Source: Sphyrna mokarran (taxonomy: Eukaryota). Taken from it: 64,000 nt of DNA. Location: positions 61,938,001 to 62,002,000 of the forward strand of contig JAGIQG010000009.1 in NCBI GenBank assembly GCA_024679065.1. The letters run 5' to 3'. Each line of letters opens with the position of its first letter. Positions within the stretch are counted from its first letter, which is position 1. Both the position numbers and the translations under genes were made by a program. The notes under the pieces are model-generated. The model saw only the letters and a list, made by a program, of their open reading frames with translations. It ran no database searches and was not told the origin of the DNA. Positions 1 to 12,687 of the stretch are shown in pieces.

Positions 1-679
1 GAATCCAGGTCCACATCACTGAAAAAAATTAATCAGTCACTTCTTTCTTGGGTCATATCCCATCTGTGTCCAAAGCTTCATTGGAATCTACTCATTCATT
101 TTTCAATTATGTTGTTTGCAAACAGGCTAACAAACAGGAGGAGATAATAAGTCCAGTTGCAGCCCAAGGTCTATACAAAGGCTTTGTAAAAGTATTTTCT
201 ATATAAACTGACCAGACCTATTTGGCAGGTCTCATCTTTACGATGTGCCTATCCTATGTTGGGAATCAGCCACTTATTATGGTAAATCAACATGAGAAAT
301 ACTCCCTATTTCTTGAAGTTAGACTGAGCCGTGGCACCCATTTTCAGAATTGTCAGAATTCTTCTTTGCCTATGCATGTGGTGAGCTGATATTTTATCTG
401 AACAGTGCTATGGCTCTATCTTGACTTTAACAATATATATAATTGCATGCGAACAGGCTAGAGCATAGGTGAGGCATCATCCTGAGCCTAACTGAATGCA
501 GCGATCTCAGTTATGTAATGCTATGTGAGAAAAGAATCCATCAGCTGCTAGGAACATGCATTCTTCACCCCCAAAAAAAGATACAAATGTTAACACATAA
601 GATTCCGATGGCATGACAAATATGAAGCAGAATTGGATCCTATTGCTTAATAGTACTTTCAATAATGATATGTGCAAAT

Positions 680-862
680 AAGAAACAGGATTATGCCATC
701 CAGCCCATTTGAACCTGTTTTTCCAATCAATAAGATCCGGATAATCGGATTGTCGCTTTAATTCCACTTTCCTGCCTGCTTCCCCATCATCATTGACTCC
801 CTTGTAGACCAAAAATGTGGTTAAACATATTTAATGAGCCACCTTCCCTGGGGTGGCAAATC
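680..862 (-). mobile_element. Decayed CR1-type LINE 3' end fragment
   Basis: GCCATCCAGCCCATTTGAACCTG...CAATAAGATC...TTCCACTTTCCTGCC resembles the reverse complement of a CR1 3' UTR / ORF2 end. Confidence 0.5.
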
Positions 863-875
863 ACAAGAGTAATAT

Positions 876-1119
876 TCTGTGTGGAGTTTGCATGTTCTCC
901 CCGTGCCTGCATGAGTTTCCTCTGGGTGTTCCAGTTTACTCCCACAGTCCAAAGATGTGCAGGTTAGTTTGATTGACCATGTTCAATTGTCCTTCAGTGT
1001 CAGCGAACTGGCAGGGTAAATGCATGGGATTATGGGAATAAAGCCTGGGTAGGAATGTTGACAGTGCAGGCTCAATGGGCTGAATGGCCTCCTTCTGCAC
1101 TGTAGGGATTGTACGATTC
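876..1119 (+). mobile_element. HE1-type V-SINE, 5'-truncated
   Basis: V-domain TGTGTGGAGTTTGCATGTTCTCCCCGTG...CCCACAGTCCAAAGATGTGCAGGTTAG and CR1-like tail GAATGGCCTCCTTCTGCACTGTAGGGATT; at least 10 similar copies in the window. Confidence 0.9.
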
Positions 1120-1697
1120 CAACTACAACTGGGGTCAGTGTCAATGTCCTCAGTCAGTGAACCTCGTGTCTCCTCGGGTGTATTTGTTTTGCCCAACAGC
1201 CATGTATTGAACAAATTTAGTGCGAGCCAGGCACTGAACAATGAATCCTTTCAGCTTAGTGGGATATATCACATGCAACTATATGACCACTTGGTAGGTA
1301 GATGAGTATATCCGCTATATAAACCAAGGCTAAGGCCATAAAACAACAAATGAACCTATTTGACATCCAATAGTTAAACAAACATTACAGAGCACAGGGG
1401 CTATATTTACAGTAATAACAGTCCTTAATGCCTCCTTTAAATTTCTACAGAACAAAGCTGCTTCTTCTGCACTACTTCCCAACAAAAAAATGATTACTGA
1501 ACTGTCGATGTTGAATTAATATTTTGTTGGAACATTACGTTATCTTCCAGCATACTAACATTCAAACCATACTTTAAAATTTTAAACAAAAGCAGACTGT
1601 TAAAGTGGCCATTGCAAACTATGTTACTTTTGGAAGTATCAATTGTAGACAATTCTGAGACTCAGGCAAATATCAAAACTTACACATTCTCTTGTCC

Positions 1698-2166
1698 TTT
1701 CTTTATTTGTGAATGAGAAATGGGTGTCACTGGCTGGATCCGCATTTATTGCCCATTCCTGAGAACATTAAGACTAGAATTTTACTGTTCCGCCCGCCAT
1801 AGGAATCGAAACGGGCAAGGGGCAGACCACAGAAGCATCCATTGACCTCAGGCGCAATTTGACGGTCTTGAGACGAATGAAGCTGTAAAAATCTGGCCTA
1901 AGAGTCAACCACATTGCTGTGGCTCTAGAATCACATGTAGGCCAGACCAGATAAGGACAGTAGATTTCCTTCCCTAAAGAAAATTTGTGAACCAGGTGTC
2001 TTTATGACCATAGTTTCACGGTCATTGTTAGATCTTTAGTTTCAGATTTTTACTGAATTTAAATTTTACAATCTGCCACAGTGGGATTTGAACCCAGGCT
2101 CCCAGAACATTACCCGCACCTTTGTATTACTAGCTCAGTAACAATATCTGTACACCATTGCCTCCC
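1698..2166 (-). mobile_element. tRNA-derived SINE with CR1-type 3' tail (second family), interrupted by a MITE
   Basis: Matches copies at 4450-5119, 18741-19092 and 34434-34800 (GCATTTATTGCCCAT...GTCAACCACATTGCTGTGG...CACATGTAGGCCAGAC...GATTTCCTTCCCTAAAG); B-box GGTTCAAATCCC on the minus strand. Confidence 0.85.
1772..1898. mobile_element. 127-bp MITE, PIF/Harbinger-like
   Basis: TIRs GACTAGAATTTTAC / GTAAAAATCTGGCC (11/14 match) and TAA target duplication at 1769-1771 and 1899-1901; it splits the host SINE at TTAA|GAGTCAACC, which is uninterrupted in the 34520 copy. Confidence 0.8.
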
Positions 2167-3237
2167 TCTGTTTGAGAATGAAATGTCAAGAAAAGGACTA
2201 TATCATTTCAGGCAACTAAGCTTTATGGTACATCCTGGATAGAAGATACACAAGTGTTAATAAACAAATGTGAGTAGGTTCCCATTGATCTCCCATTGTG
2301 AAAATCCACTCATCCAAACCCAGACTGGGCAAATCTGTCAAATGACAACACAGGATATTTATCAATCTGGTCATCTCCATGTTATTTGAAAAAGGACTTT
2401 AGATTATAACAGTTTCATGGGTGAGATAGTCACATTTGTTGATCGATGTTAAAACAGCATGTGACAGCTCTGCAGAGACAGCTGTCATCAGAAAGCTACC
2501 ACATCATATACAGTCAACAGAGCAACCAAGATAATGAACAGCAATACCATTATGAAATGTGAATGAAAGTCCCTCCAAAATCTGTTCCAAGTTCAAGGTC
2601 TCATGAGAAACATCCTCCAGGAAATTAAACTACAAGAAACCTCGCAGCTTATTGGGAAAAATCTCTCTACTTACGAGATCTACACTTCAACTAAAACCAT
2701 CAACTCATCTTAGAAACTACAGGCCTCTAAGAAAGAGAGGCTGAGACAATTATAAATTGAAATTGTGCTTTTTTCTTTCTTTATCTGTTTTTAATCTCTG
2801 TGTGAGTGATGTTATGTGAAATTTATCACTCCTTTTCCTGTCAGTGCCGGGAGTCACAGTGGATACGAGCAGAAAATTTGGAGTCAGCCGGAGGTTGGAT
2901 TTCTGCGAGTGGGAAAACAATTTGGAATTTTTCCCTCAGCACTTTCCTGATAGTCTAATAGTGGATTGACTTCCCCGCTGATTCATGTCAGGAACCGCAT
3001 TTGCATCTATTAGCATGTCATGAATATTCAGTAAAAAATACAATGGAAAATTAGACCACTCTGATTCATGATATGATACAAGTGGCATGTGATTACACCC
3101 CTTTACTTCACTTGTGGACTGAGGTGCGTAAACATGAAAGTGCTGCTCTGACTGGTCACCACGGCCAAAGCTGAAGCTATCAGGCAAATTAGGGAGGGTT
3201 ACTCACCATAGGTACTGTGGGACAGAGACTAGGCTCC

Positions 3238-3437
3238 TCAAACTGGGTGCTGCAATGTGCAGGCAGGGTTGTTCACAGTGGGTGTTGCAGGTTGCAGGCA
3301 GGACTGTTCACACTGGGTGCTGTAGGATGAGTGCAGGGCTATTCACACTGGGTGCTGCAGAGTGCGAGCAGGGCTGTTCACACTGAGTGCTATAAGGTGC
3401 AGGCAGGGCTGTTCACACTGGGTGCTGCAGGGTGCAG
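3238..3437. repeat. Minisatellite, 35-bp unit, ~5.7 copies
   Basis: Unit consensus TCACACTGGGTGCTGCAGGGTGCAGGCAGGGCTGT repeated head-to-tail with no spacers. Confidence 0.9.
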
Positions 3438-4449
3438 TAGATTTGAACTCTATCAATAGAGAACAGCATGGGAACGGTGGTTTGGGGTGAGGGACAAGGT
3501 TGACAAGGGCAAAAACATAAGAGCATGAATGTTAAGAGTGAAGACATTGGGGACACATCAGGAGCTGGAACCCAACATGAAAGGGATGCATGCAGATTTG
3601 GGAGAAGAGTGAGTGAGGTTAGTATGACTCATGAGGGCATGTATATAGGCAAAATTATAATCGGGGCAATGGGATCCACAAGAGTGAAGGAAATGAATCA
3701 ATGAGAGTCAGGCAGTCTTAGTCCTGGGACTGAGGCCAAATGATTAGGGTGAGAGATTATAGGTACTCCTGGGGTATTGCGGACTATGTTATAGGGCTTT
3801 CCATGGTCCCATTCCAGGGAGGAACAAGGCCTATCTGCTTAATGGAGATCGTACACACTATGGTTTGCAGAGTACGATCAGTGCTTCGCACAAGATGGTC
3901 CTGGAGGTTGGCTGGCTGGTTACTGGATTGTAGATGGAATGGTTGTGGTCAAGGGATGCCTCTGCAGTCTAAAGATGGGGAAACTATAATAAAGGCAGGG
4001 TGCTTGAATCTATCATGTGGAGGAGCCCCTGTATTGGATCAGGATTCTGCCTCAATTTTGCGTAACTTGCCAGTGTCAGACCCTGACTGGAAACCGGTGT
4101 GCAATTCTTCAGATGCTCTGCTGGATTTTTGAGACCAGACCTTGAGCTATTCTGCCAAAAAAAAATCAGGTTCTTGATTTTCGCTGTCAGTCTGGAGGCT
4201 GAATAGAGCAAGCGGCAAGGGAATATGCCCCTCAGGCTGGAACTCTTCTCTAAGCTCTGCTATACAGTACCAGACCCTTCTTCTCAATCTGAACACTGTC
4301 TTCGAGAAGGTCGCATTGACTGCAGCCTTAATTCTGTGTGCCTCCTTTCTGTGGCAGACACACTCATATCTTGCATATATCTTATCCAACAACTATAGAC
4401 CCCTCACTCCAAGCCAGAAAGCCACTGTCACATCTTTGCATTATAATTG

Positions 4450-5119
4450 AGCTGGTACCTCAATTGCAATCCATAGACCCAAATCCTAACATAATAAATG
4501 GTGAGTTTAATAAAAACCTGAAAATAAAAATCTAATGATGACCAGTAAACAATTTTCGATTGTCATAAAAACCTATTTGATTCACTAATGCCTTTTAGGG
4601 GAGGGAATCTGTCATTCTTACCTGGTCTGGCCTACATCTGACTGCAGGCCCAGGACAATGCAGTTGGCTCTTAACTATCCTCTGAAATCGTAGAATTTCT
4701 ACAATGCAGAACGAGGCCATCCAGCCCACCAAGTCTGCACCAAAACAATCCCATCCAGACCCTATCCCGTAACTCCACCTATTTACTGTGCTAACCCTCC
4801 TGACACTGAAGGGCAATTTAGCATAGCCAATCTGCTTAACCCACACATCTTTGGATTGCGGGAAGAAAACGGAGCATCCAGAGGAAACCTATGCAAGCTC
4901 AATAAGAATATGCAAAATCCACACAGACAGTGACCCAAAGCCTGAATTAAACCTTGGTGTCTGGTGCTGTGAAGCTGCAGTGCTAGCCACCATACTACAG
5001 GGCCACTCATGACCTAGCAAGCAGCTACATTTAAGGGGAATTAGGGATGGGCTATAAAGATGGGCAATAAATGTTGGCCCAGGCAGCAATGCTCACATCC
5101 CATGAACAAATTTCAAAAA
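4450..5119 (+). mobile_element. tRNA-derived SINE with CR1-type tail, split by an HE1 insertion
   Basis: AATCTAATGATGACC...TTCACTAATGCCTTTTAGGGGAGGGAATCTG...CTTACCTGGTCTGGCCTACAT, resuming after ~5003 with TAGGGATGGG...GGGCAATAAATGTTGGCC...CACATCCCATGAAC. Confidence 0.8.
4685..5003 (-). mobile_element. HE1-type V-SINE
   Basis: Reverse complement of the tRNA head, V-domain and tail (CACACAGACAGTGACCCAAAGCC, AACCCACACATCTTTGGA). Confidence 0.9.
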
Positions 5120-5785
5120 GACATCACATAGACTCCAAGCAGGGAGACTATTGAAGTGAAAACTGATAGATATTCAAAACGAATTATGATAGCATGTGTT
5201 GGGAAAGATCAGGTAGTCGGTTGTGTAGTTTTTAGATTTGTCAAAGGCTCAGCGCAGACATGACAAACTGAAGAGAGTCTCCTTCTGTATTATAAACCTC
5301 GAGGAATCTATGGAAATTATCAGTTATTACAGTGCAGACTAAAAATAGGTTGGGCTATTTTTCAAGGTGAGAATTTGGCACAGTATGAAGAAATAAACCC
5401 AAAAAACAAGACTTCAAAGACAAAAATGCTTCATTTTTGTAACAGAATCGTTAAGATTTTATTTTTAATTTCTGTCTGTGGATTCAATTAGATTGAGAAG
5501 TAATTGAAAGATGCTCAACAGAAAGATTAACAAGTAGCTAAACACTAACTATATCTTTATACTTTTATTCACCAGACACATGAATTAAAACAAAGACATG
5601 TTCTTCATTAGAACACTGATATTGATGTAATACTGTGGTTGACGTTGCAGATTAAAAATATGGCCCATTGCTGGGAACGTAGAGTGTGTCTTCACCCAGT
5701 GAGGAATGTTGCTGATTAGTAAGTCATGATATTACTGATTACTATCACAGTTATCATGAAGCATCCAACAGTTCTGAACAACTAG

Positions 5786-6060
5786 CACGAGGGGACACAG
5801 CTTTAAGTTAAGGGGTGATAGTTATAGGATGGATGTCAGAGGTAGGTTCTTTACCCAAAGGGTGGTTTGGGAGTGGAATGCCCTGCCTGCAGCAGTTGTG
5901 GATGCGCCAAGTTTGGTGGCGTTTAAGAGGTTAGTTGATAAGTATATGGAAGAGAAGGGAATGGGTTAGTTTGGAGGGTCATTGCTTTTTATATTGGTCG
6001 GCGCAACATCGAAGGCCGAAGGGCCTGTTCTGTGCTGTAGTGTTCTATGTTCTATGTTCT
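5786..6060 (+). mobile_element. CR1 (HER1-like) LINE 3' end, 5'-truncated
   Basis: ORF2 C-terminal motif (RG H F K...RFFTQRVV..WNALP), 3' tail GAAGGGCCTGTTCTGTGCTG ending in (GTTCTAT)n, flanked by an AACTAG direct repeat at 5780-5785 and 6061-6066. Confidence 0.85.
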
Positions 6061-6549
6061 AACTAGTTTGGCAGACCACAAAGTGGGAGTCTTCTTCATT
6101 AATTAAGAGTGCAAGTAACCTTCTTGATTTCTTCATGCTGCATTGAAGCCGAGAATCCATTGGGATTGTTCAATCTGGTTTTGAGTAGGTAGAACAATTT
6201 TAACATTCCGAATGGGTTCCAAGAACATAGAGGTTCATCATCCAGTCTTTAAATAGATCAGATAATACCGCTCATTCATTACTTTAATAATAAAACCTGG
6301 CTTGTACAGTATATTTGACAAGTAGCTGAGTAGTATTGACCAGCCATGCGTGTTCATTTTCCAGATCATAACTCAGAAAATCAGGACACGGAATCAGTAG
6401 GGTGGAGCGATGCAATAACAAAGGACAGCAAACATTGGTGAGAGGAGTTCATCAGTTCCTTAGCAATAATCGCAGGTTTGGGCAAAACATAAAGAAGGAA
6501 ATTAGAGATAGGGGGTTTGAAGCTTTATAAAGATATGGCAAATAATATT

Positions 6550-7960
6550 GTGGCTTAGGCCACGATTTCATGGAATGCATTTGCAATCGTTTTCTGGAAC
6601 AATATGATGATGAAAAACCAGAGAACAACTTATTTAGGATCTAGTGTTTCACAATAAGATACGGCTGATTAATAAATCTGAATGTAAATGGAACTCTTGA
6701 GAAGAATAATTCTGCTACTCTCCCTGACACTAAGGGACATATTTAGCATGGCCAATTAACCTAACCTGCACATCTTTGTCAAATAAGTACCTTTTTACAG
6801 TACAATGCACACAAAAAAAAACAGGAAAATGTGGGGAATCAAAGATACAGTGAAAGTGAGGAACATAATGTTACAAATACATTATTTATGAAGAAGAAAT
6901 ACTGAAGAAATTAACATAATTTAAATCTGAAAATCCCCTGGACCTGATGGCTTACATCATAGGGCTTTGAAAGTAGCAGCTGAAGTAATGACAGGGTTTG
7001 ATCTTCCAGGATTCCCTCGATTTTAAAACTTTCCCATCGTTAGAAAGTAGTAAATATAATTCTGATGTCTATGACAGAAGCAAGAGAGAAGACAGGAAAT
7101 TAAAGAGCAAGTTAACCCAACATCAGTAGTAGGGAATATACTCAAATTTATTATTAAAAAAGGACATGATAACAGGGTACTTAAAAGTCACACAAGGTAT
7201 GGTGAGGAAAGATACACTTGCAGAAGAGAGTGAGAAAAGAAAGTCTACTACATCGATTCCTGGGATGCGAGAGTTTCCCAATGAGGAGGGTTGAACAGAT
7301 CGGACAAAGAGGCCAGAAGTTTCCAGGTCTTAACATCAGCAGGTTCTCCTGAGAATTTTTTAAAAAAACTCTTTTATAGTATGGCTGTCACTGGCGAAGT
7401 CAACAAATCCTGTTCCTAATTGCCTCTGTGAACAGTTAAGAGCCAACATGGCTGGAGAATCTAAAACCAAAGGGAAAAGGGGCAGATATTTAGAAGTGAG
7501 AAGAAATGTCTACCCCAATGGGATCAAACGTTGAGTATATTCAACGCTGAGATCAATAACGTTTTGAATATTCAGGCTGCACGGTGGCAAAGTAGTGTGC
7601 ACTGCTGTCTCACAGCCTTAGGAACCCTGCTTCAATTTTTGGGTGACTGTCTTTGCACATTCTCACCATGTCTAGGTGTTTCCTCCTACAGTCCAAAGTT
7701 ATGGACATTGGGTTGATTGCCATGCTAACTTGTCCTTAGTGTTAGGGGGGCTTTCAGGATAAATGCGTGGGGTTACGGGGATAGGATCTGTATGGGATTG
7801 TTGTCGGTACAGGCTTGATTGACCAAATGGCCTTCTTCTATATGATTCTATGAATAAAAGAATGTGCATCAGGCCAGGAAAATGGAGCCAAAGCCAAAGA
7901 TCAGTCATGATCTTACTAAATAGTGAAGCAGACTCAGGAGGCCATATAGTCTACTCTTAA
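6550..7960 (+). mobile_element. Fragmented CR1 LINE ORF2 remnants with SINE insertions
   Basis: AAATCCCCTGGACCTGATGGCTTACAT (KSPGPDGLH) at ~6932 and CR1 3' end AGATCAGTCATGATCTTAC at ~7900. Confidence 0.6.
7575..7853 (+). mobile_element. HE1-type V-SINE
   Basis: Head GCACGGTGGC...CACTGCTGTCTCACAGC, V-domain, tail ending ATGATTCTATGA. Confidence 0.85.
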
Positions 7961-9064
7961 TCCTTGAAATTTTAAATTATTCTCCCCATTTGTCCAAACT
8001 TGCTGTGTGAAACAACACAGCCCTTCCTCCAAATCCAAATTCCTTCACTTTTCTCGCCACAGTGTCCTACAAGCCTGACATCAAATATTATTTCAGTGGA
8101 TGAAAAAGGAGAACTGAAGGTGCAAAATAAGATCTTTCTTTAATTGGAGTTCAAAGGTAGTGAGCAGATTGAACAGTTTTTACTTCTTTTAAGTCTCATT
8201 GTCTCAAAATAATTAGAGATGCAATCGGTTCCACAGACAAATCATGGTTTAATGGGAGTTGAGTGCATATTGTTGAAATATATGTACTGCAGAATGAGCA
8301 ATCAGATTCGATTATATTAAAAAAATGAAGCAAGAGAAATTTGCCAAGGTACATCAATTTTCTTTATCTCTTATGTTCTGACAGATCTGGAAACTGAATT
8401 ACATATGCTCTAATTCCTCGTACCTTGGCATTTATTTCTGCTTAACCCCCCAAAGGAATAAGCAGATTTTGCAACAAAAAGCAAAGCTGGGATTCAAAAA
8501 AATCAGTTTTTGTTCTGAAGCAAAACACAAAAAAAGAATTAAAAAATACTCGCAGATAATGGGTATGATTTCACCTTTCCATCGTAAATTCACCATTTGA
8601 TTTTCAGTCTTTCATTTCCATTTCCTCAATACATATTTACATAACTTGCTCTTTCACGTGGTGTCAAATCATTTGGGGTTTTTTTTGTGACCTAGACATT
8701 GAGATTCACATGAACTTCTACATATTGGATAACTGGGTCCCCACTGAATTCTCAAACTAATTATTTTTGCGTAACATTAATGTAATATAATGCCATTTCT
8801 GTCAAATTTATACTTATAGGTGCTGTTTATGGCAATGTTTTTTTTTTGTTGTTGGCCTGGCTAAGGATTATTATCCTGCACATTGATCAAAGCTTGTCTT
8901 TTGTCAGTCCCAAATTCTGTCCTACTCTAATGCGTGTATTGCTGAGAGAACAAAACAAAAGCACAGCTACTGTCGTGATGAAAATGGCCACCACTCCTTG
9001 ATAATTGGCACTCTCCCCTCAGCACAGCTGTCGTTTTATTCCCATTTCCATTGGTACCAATAGG

Positions 9065-9420
9065 ATAGGGCACTGCACTGATTATGTTACTGGACTCATT
9101 ATTCAGAGGCTGCAGATTCAAACCCATTCGAAGAATTTGAATTATGGCATAACGATGACTATTGCATGATTCTCAACCTGCCCAGTTTTGCAAAGCCCCA
9201 TCGGTTCACTAATGTGTGTCAGGGAAGAAAATCTGCCATCTTTCCCTTCATAGTGTTTTTTAAATTCATTCACAAATCTGGGTGCTGCTGACAAGGCCAG
9301 TATTTCTTGCACATCCTTAATTGCCCTTGAGAAAGTAATGATGAGGTGCTTTTTTGAATCGAGGCTGCCGGTGTAGTGAAGTGTTTTCTAGGTGCCTTTG
9401 TACAGGAAACTCTGAGAATC
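9065..9420. mobile_element. Fragments of the CR1-tailed SINE (+, 9065-9245) and a CR1 3' tail (-, 9262-9420)
   Basis: CCCATCGGTTCACTAATG...GGGAAGAAAATCTGCCATC and CATCCTTAATTGCCCTTGAGAA match other copies in the window. Confidence 0.6.
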
Positions 9421-10416
9421 TGACTCAGCGATGATGACGTTAAAAAAAGGGACTGGGCTGAATTTTCCTCCGCCTCCACCACTACCTCACCCTCCTGCAA
9501 GTTCTCTCACTGAGGATAGTCCCATCAATGTCTATGGCATTTTTTACGTGGGAACTTACCTGTTCTGGTTCCGGGGAACCCAGCATGGGGAATTGCCTTC
9601 AGCAAGTGGGACAGGAAGATTCCACCAATGGAAAGGGCTGGAAAATCTTTCCCAATGTATAAAATAACTCTGTTTTCCAGACATGGACGTTCAGCCAGAC
9701 TTAGGATTTCCTTTATACCTTGAAGATCTATCTGCAAATTGCACCTCCTACCACCTTGTCCCACAGAAAGGAAAAGCTGGATACTAATTCCTGGTGTCAA
9801 AAGATTCAAGTATCTAGTACCTAATTTAATTTCAAAACTGGTGAACAAGCTTCTGCATGCTGCACTCAGCAGTGTCTGCGTTCTATTTTGGGAGACTTGC
9901 TGATGTACTACTTCCTCTGCAGCATTTGCTTGCCATGTTATCCAGAACATTTTCAGATTTTTTTGCATTTGATAGAAGTGGGTTTCTATGAAATTGCAAC
10001 CCAACATTGTGGGATAACTCGATCAGTGAAGTTCACAATCCAGGCAGCAATTTATCTCGCTTTCCACAGAGAGAGAATGGATATTAATCCATCTACACCA
10101 AATAGGACAAAGGTTGTGGGGGTGTGAGAGAATCACATAATGAGCAGCATGTTCTTAACCTTGCATTCATGTCCTTTGCAGTTTATATGTGGTGTGGGTT
10201 GTGTCATATGAGTGCACTGTATTTGAGAAGTAGGACATTCCTTTAACATATTTTACATCAAACTCCCACAGTACAGTTAGAGCCAGCTTTAAATGTAACA
10301 GTTGTCTGTGTTTCCCAGGGCCCAGGAAATTCAAATGTGAAATTTGGGGGAGGAAAGTTCCTTGCTCCAAAAGACAAATACATTTTATAGCACTGCCTGT
10401 GGAAAGTTCAGCCATA

Positions 10417-10661
10417 TGAACTTATTGTGAAAATTCTCTAGTTGCCACATTCTGGCGCCATTTCAGGTACACTGAAGAAGAAGTTAGCATGGCTAATGCA
10501 CCTAACTAGCATGCCTTTCGGATGGTGGGAGGAAACCAGAGACCCAGAGGAAACCCAGACAGACTGCGGGAATGTGCAGGCTCCACACGCACAGTCACCC
10601 AGTCCAAGAATTGAACACAAGTCTCTGGTGTTGTGAGGCAGGAGTGTTAACCACTGGGCCA
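10417..10661 (-). mobile_element. V-SINE with alternative (non-HE1) 3' tail
   Basis: Head and V-domain as in HE1; tail is the reverse complement of TGTGGCRACTAGRGRATTTTCACA, shared with the 11552 and 21611 copies. Confidence 0.85.
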
Positions 10662-11551
10662 TTGAATCACACCAAGGGAAGGTTCCTCTTAGGCAGAAGC
10701 ATTCCAGAACCAATTGCAGATATGGTTCATAGATCCTTGTAAATAGTGGAGCAGAAATGCTCCATTCTGCTGATTGTCGTCTCTAACTCTCCCTCTGCTA
10801 CAAAAAAAAAGTCCTCACCTTCAGTCCCTGATCATTCACTCCTTCCCACGATCAAAGTCTCTGCCCCTTTCCTACAAGTCTAAATTTCTCAGTTGTTACT
10901 CTCCATTACAGATTGACCTCAAGGATCCATGGCTGCGCCGTCCTGCTGACACCCTGTAGTATCAGAGACTACATGCCAGTTACCTGCAGGGAGCCTCCCA
11001 GCAGACTGGGGGGACAAGCACCTCCGGCAGTCTTTGAGGCCTCTGCTACTGCCTGGCCACAGGTCACCCACTGCCTGGGTGGTTTCTCCCTTTACAATAG
11101 TGGCCTGGCATCTATTTTTTTTTAATATTTTAAAGATTGAAAACTCACTGTGAAGGCACCTTGATATGGGAATGTTCCTTCTGTCTCTTAACTGCACCTG
11201 CTTCCTGCTGGAGATCTTCCATCAATCCTCTAGCTTCAAGAACCTGCCTGCTGTCCTCAAATGGATGGTGAACAAACTCCATGGCCAATTCAGGGTAACT
11301 CACTGCCCGGTAACTATTTGCCACACAGTAAAGGGACAGGACCCAAAATCCACTAACCTGTCCTTTGTCATAAGAAGGGTGATTAATACCCAAAGTGGTT
11401 TTCTAGGTGGGATCCTTGTAATGATGCACCTTCTGAGACTTCATTCTTTAACAACAAAGGATTTATTTACAAGGATTTACAAGAACTGCAGCATATCTGC
11501 AAATAGTTCTGGAATGCCTCTGCCTAAGAGGACCTTCCCCTTGGTATGATT

Positions 11552-11860
11552 CGGTTGTTATAGTGGTTAGCACTGCTGCCTCACAGTGCCAGGGACCTGG
11601 GTTCGATTCCCAGCTTGGGTCACTGTCTGCACAGAATCTGTATGTTCTCTCCATGGCTGCATGGATTTCCTCTGGGTGCTATGGTTTCCTCCCACAGTCC
11701 AGAAGATGTAGTGGTTAGGTGCATCAGCCATGCTAAATTCTCCCTCAGTGTTCCTGGACAGGTGCTAGAGTGTAGTGACTAGAGGATTTTCACACTGACT
11801 TCATTGCAGTATTAAGCAAGCCTACTTGTGATGCTTACAAATAAATAAACTTTAACTTTT
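11552..11860 (+). mobile_element. V-SINE with alternative 3' tail, full length
   Basis: A/B boxes (TAGTGGTTAGCACTGCTGCCTCACAGTGCCAGGGACCTGGGTTCGATTCCC), V-domain, tail GACTAGAGGATTTTCACACTGACTTCATTGCAGT...GCCTACTTGTGA...AATAAATAAACTTT. Confidence 0.9.
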
Positions 11861-12546
11861 TCCCTCAGAATCCTGATTGATCACCCAGACCAGGTGACCT
11901 TCACACTGCTGTGATGCCCTTAAAGAGAGAATCACCACAGACCTGAAGGAAAGACTTTCAGAACACAAACAATCACTATATTGGGTGGGGTTGCAGAAGA
12001 TCATCATAGGTTTTGAAGGAAGGATGAGCTATGAGTTAATTGACTCCCTTCAGCTAAGCCATTCTTAAGTTTCAGCATGTAACCATGAGGAATATGACCT
12101 GTTTGAGGTTTTAAATTATTACTTTTTACCATTACAGAGTTGGAATTGGAGTTGGGTTAGAAGTTCATATGGCTGAACTTTTCAACATGCGCATGTGTCG
12201 AACCCTTCAAATATTCATTGTCCTCAGTGGTACTGGAAGATCCCACTGGCAGGAGGGGCTGGGCATATTTACTGGCAAATTAACAAGGGCTAATGATGCT
12301 GACCTTCATTTATTGACAAATGCTACAGCAAGAACAGATAGGAGATTAAAGGCAGATTCCATATTTCCTGTCAGAGTTGCTCCATTCCAACTTTAGCTAC
12401 ACAAACCTGTTTACTCACTGCCTGGCTTGCCACTGGAATATGTGAACCAGAAGAAAAATAGCATTATCTGCAAGGTTCAGACTTGTCCACTTCAGCCCAG
12501 ATAGTATTTTAATGTGTGATATGTGTTAATTACTTAAGAGCCAACT

Positions 12547-12687
12547 GGGTGGGATTTTACAGTCCTTCCTACAAGCGTTACCTTTTGGTTCTTCTGAAGG
12601 TAGGTCCCATGGAATGTACAAAACACTAGTCATCAGTAAACTGGAAGAAGCCTCTGGTAGCCAATCGATATCCAGAAAATAAGCCAC
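12547..12687. mobile_element. Short MITE-like element
   Basis: Begins GGGTGGGATTTTAC and ends GAAAATAAGCCAC (imperfect TIR); same terminus as 16555 and 63898. Confidence 0.5.

Noticed and set aside
3238-3437. 35-bp repeats as a CRISPR array
   Set aside because: Units are contiguous with no unique spacers, the DNA is vertebrate, and no cas genes are present.
3740-4132. 130-aa ORF as a gene
   Set aside because: No recognisable domain or splice structure; it lies in a probable repeat.
9525-10007. 160-aa minus-strand ORF
   Set aside because: Overlaps MITE-like sequence and shows no protein-family motifs.
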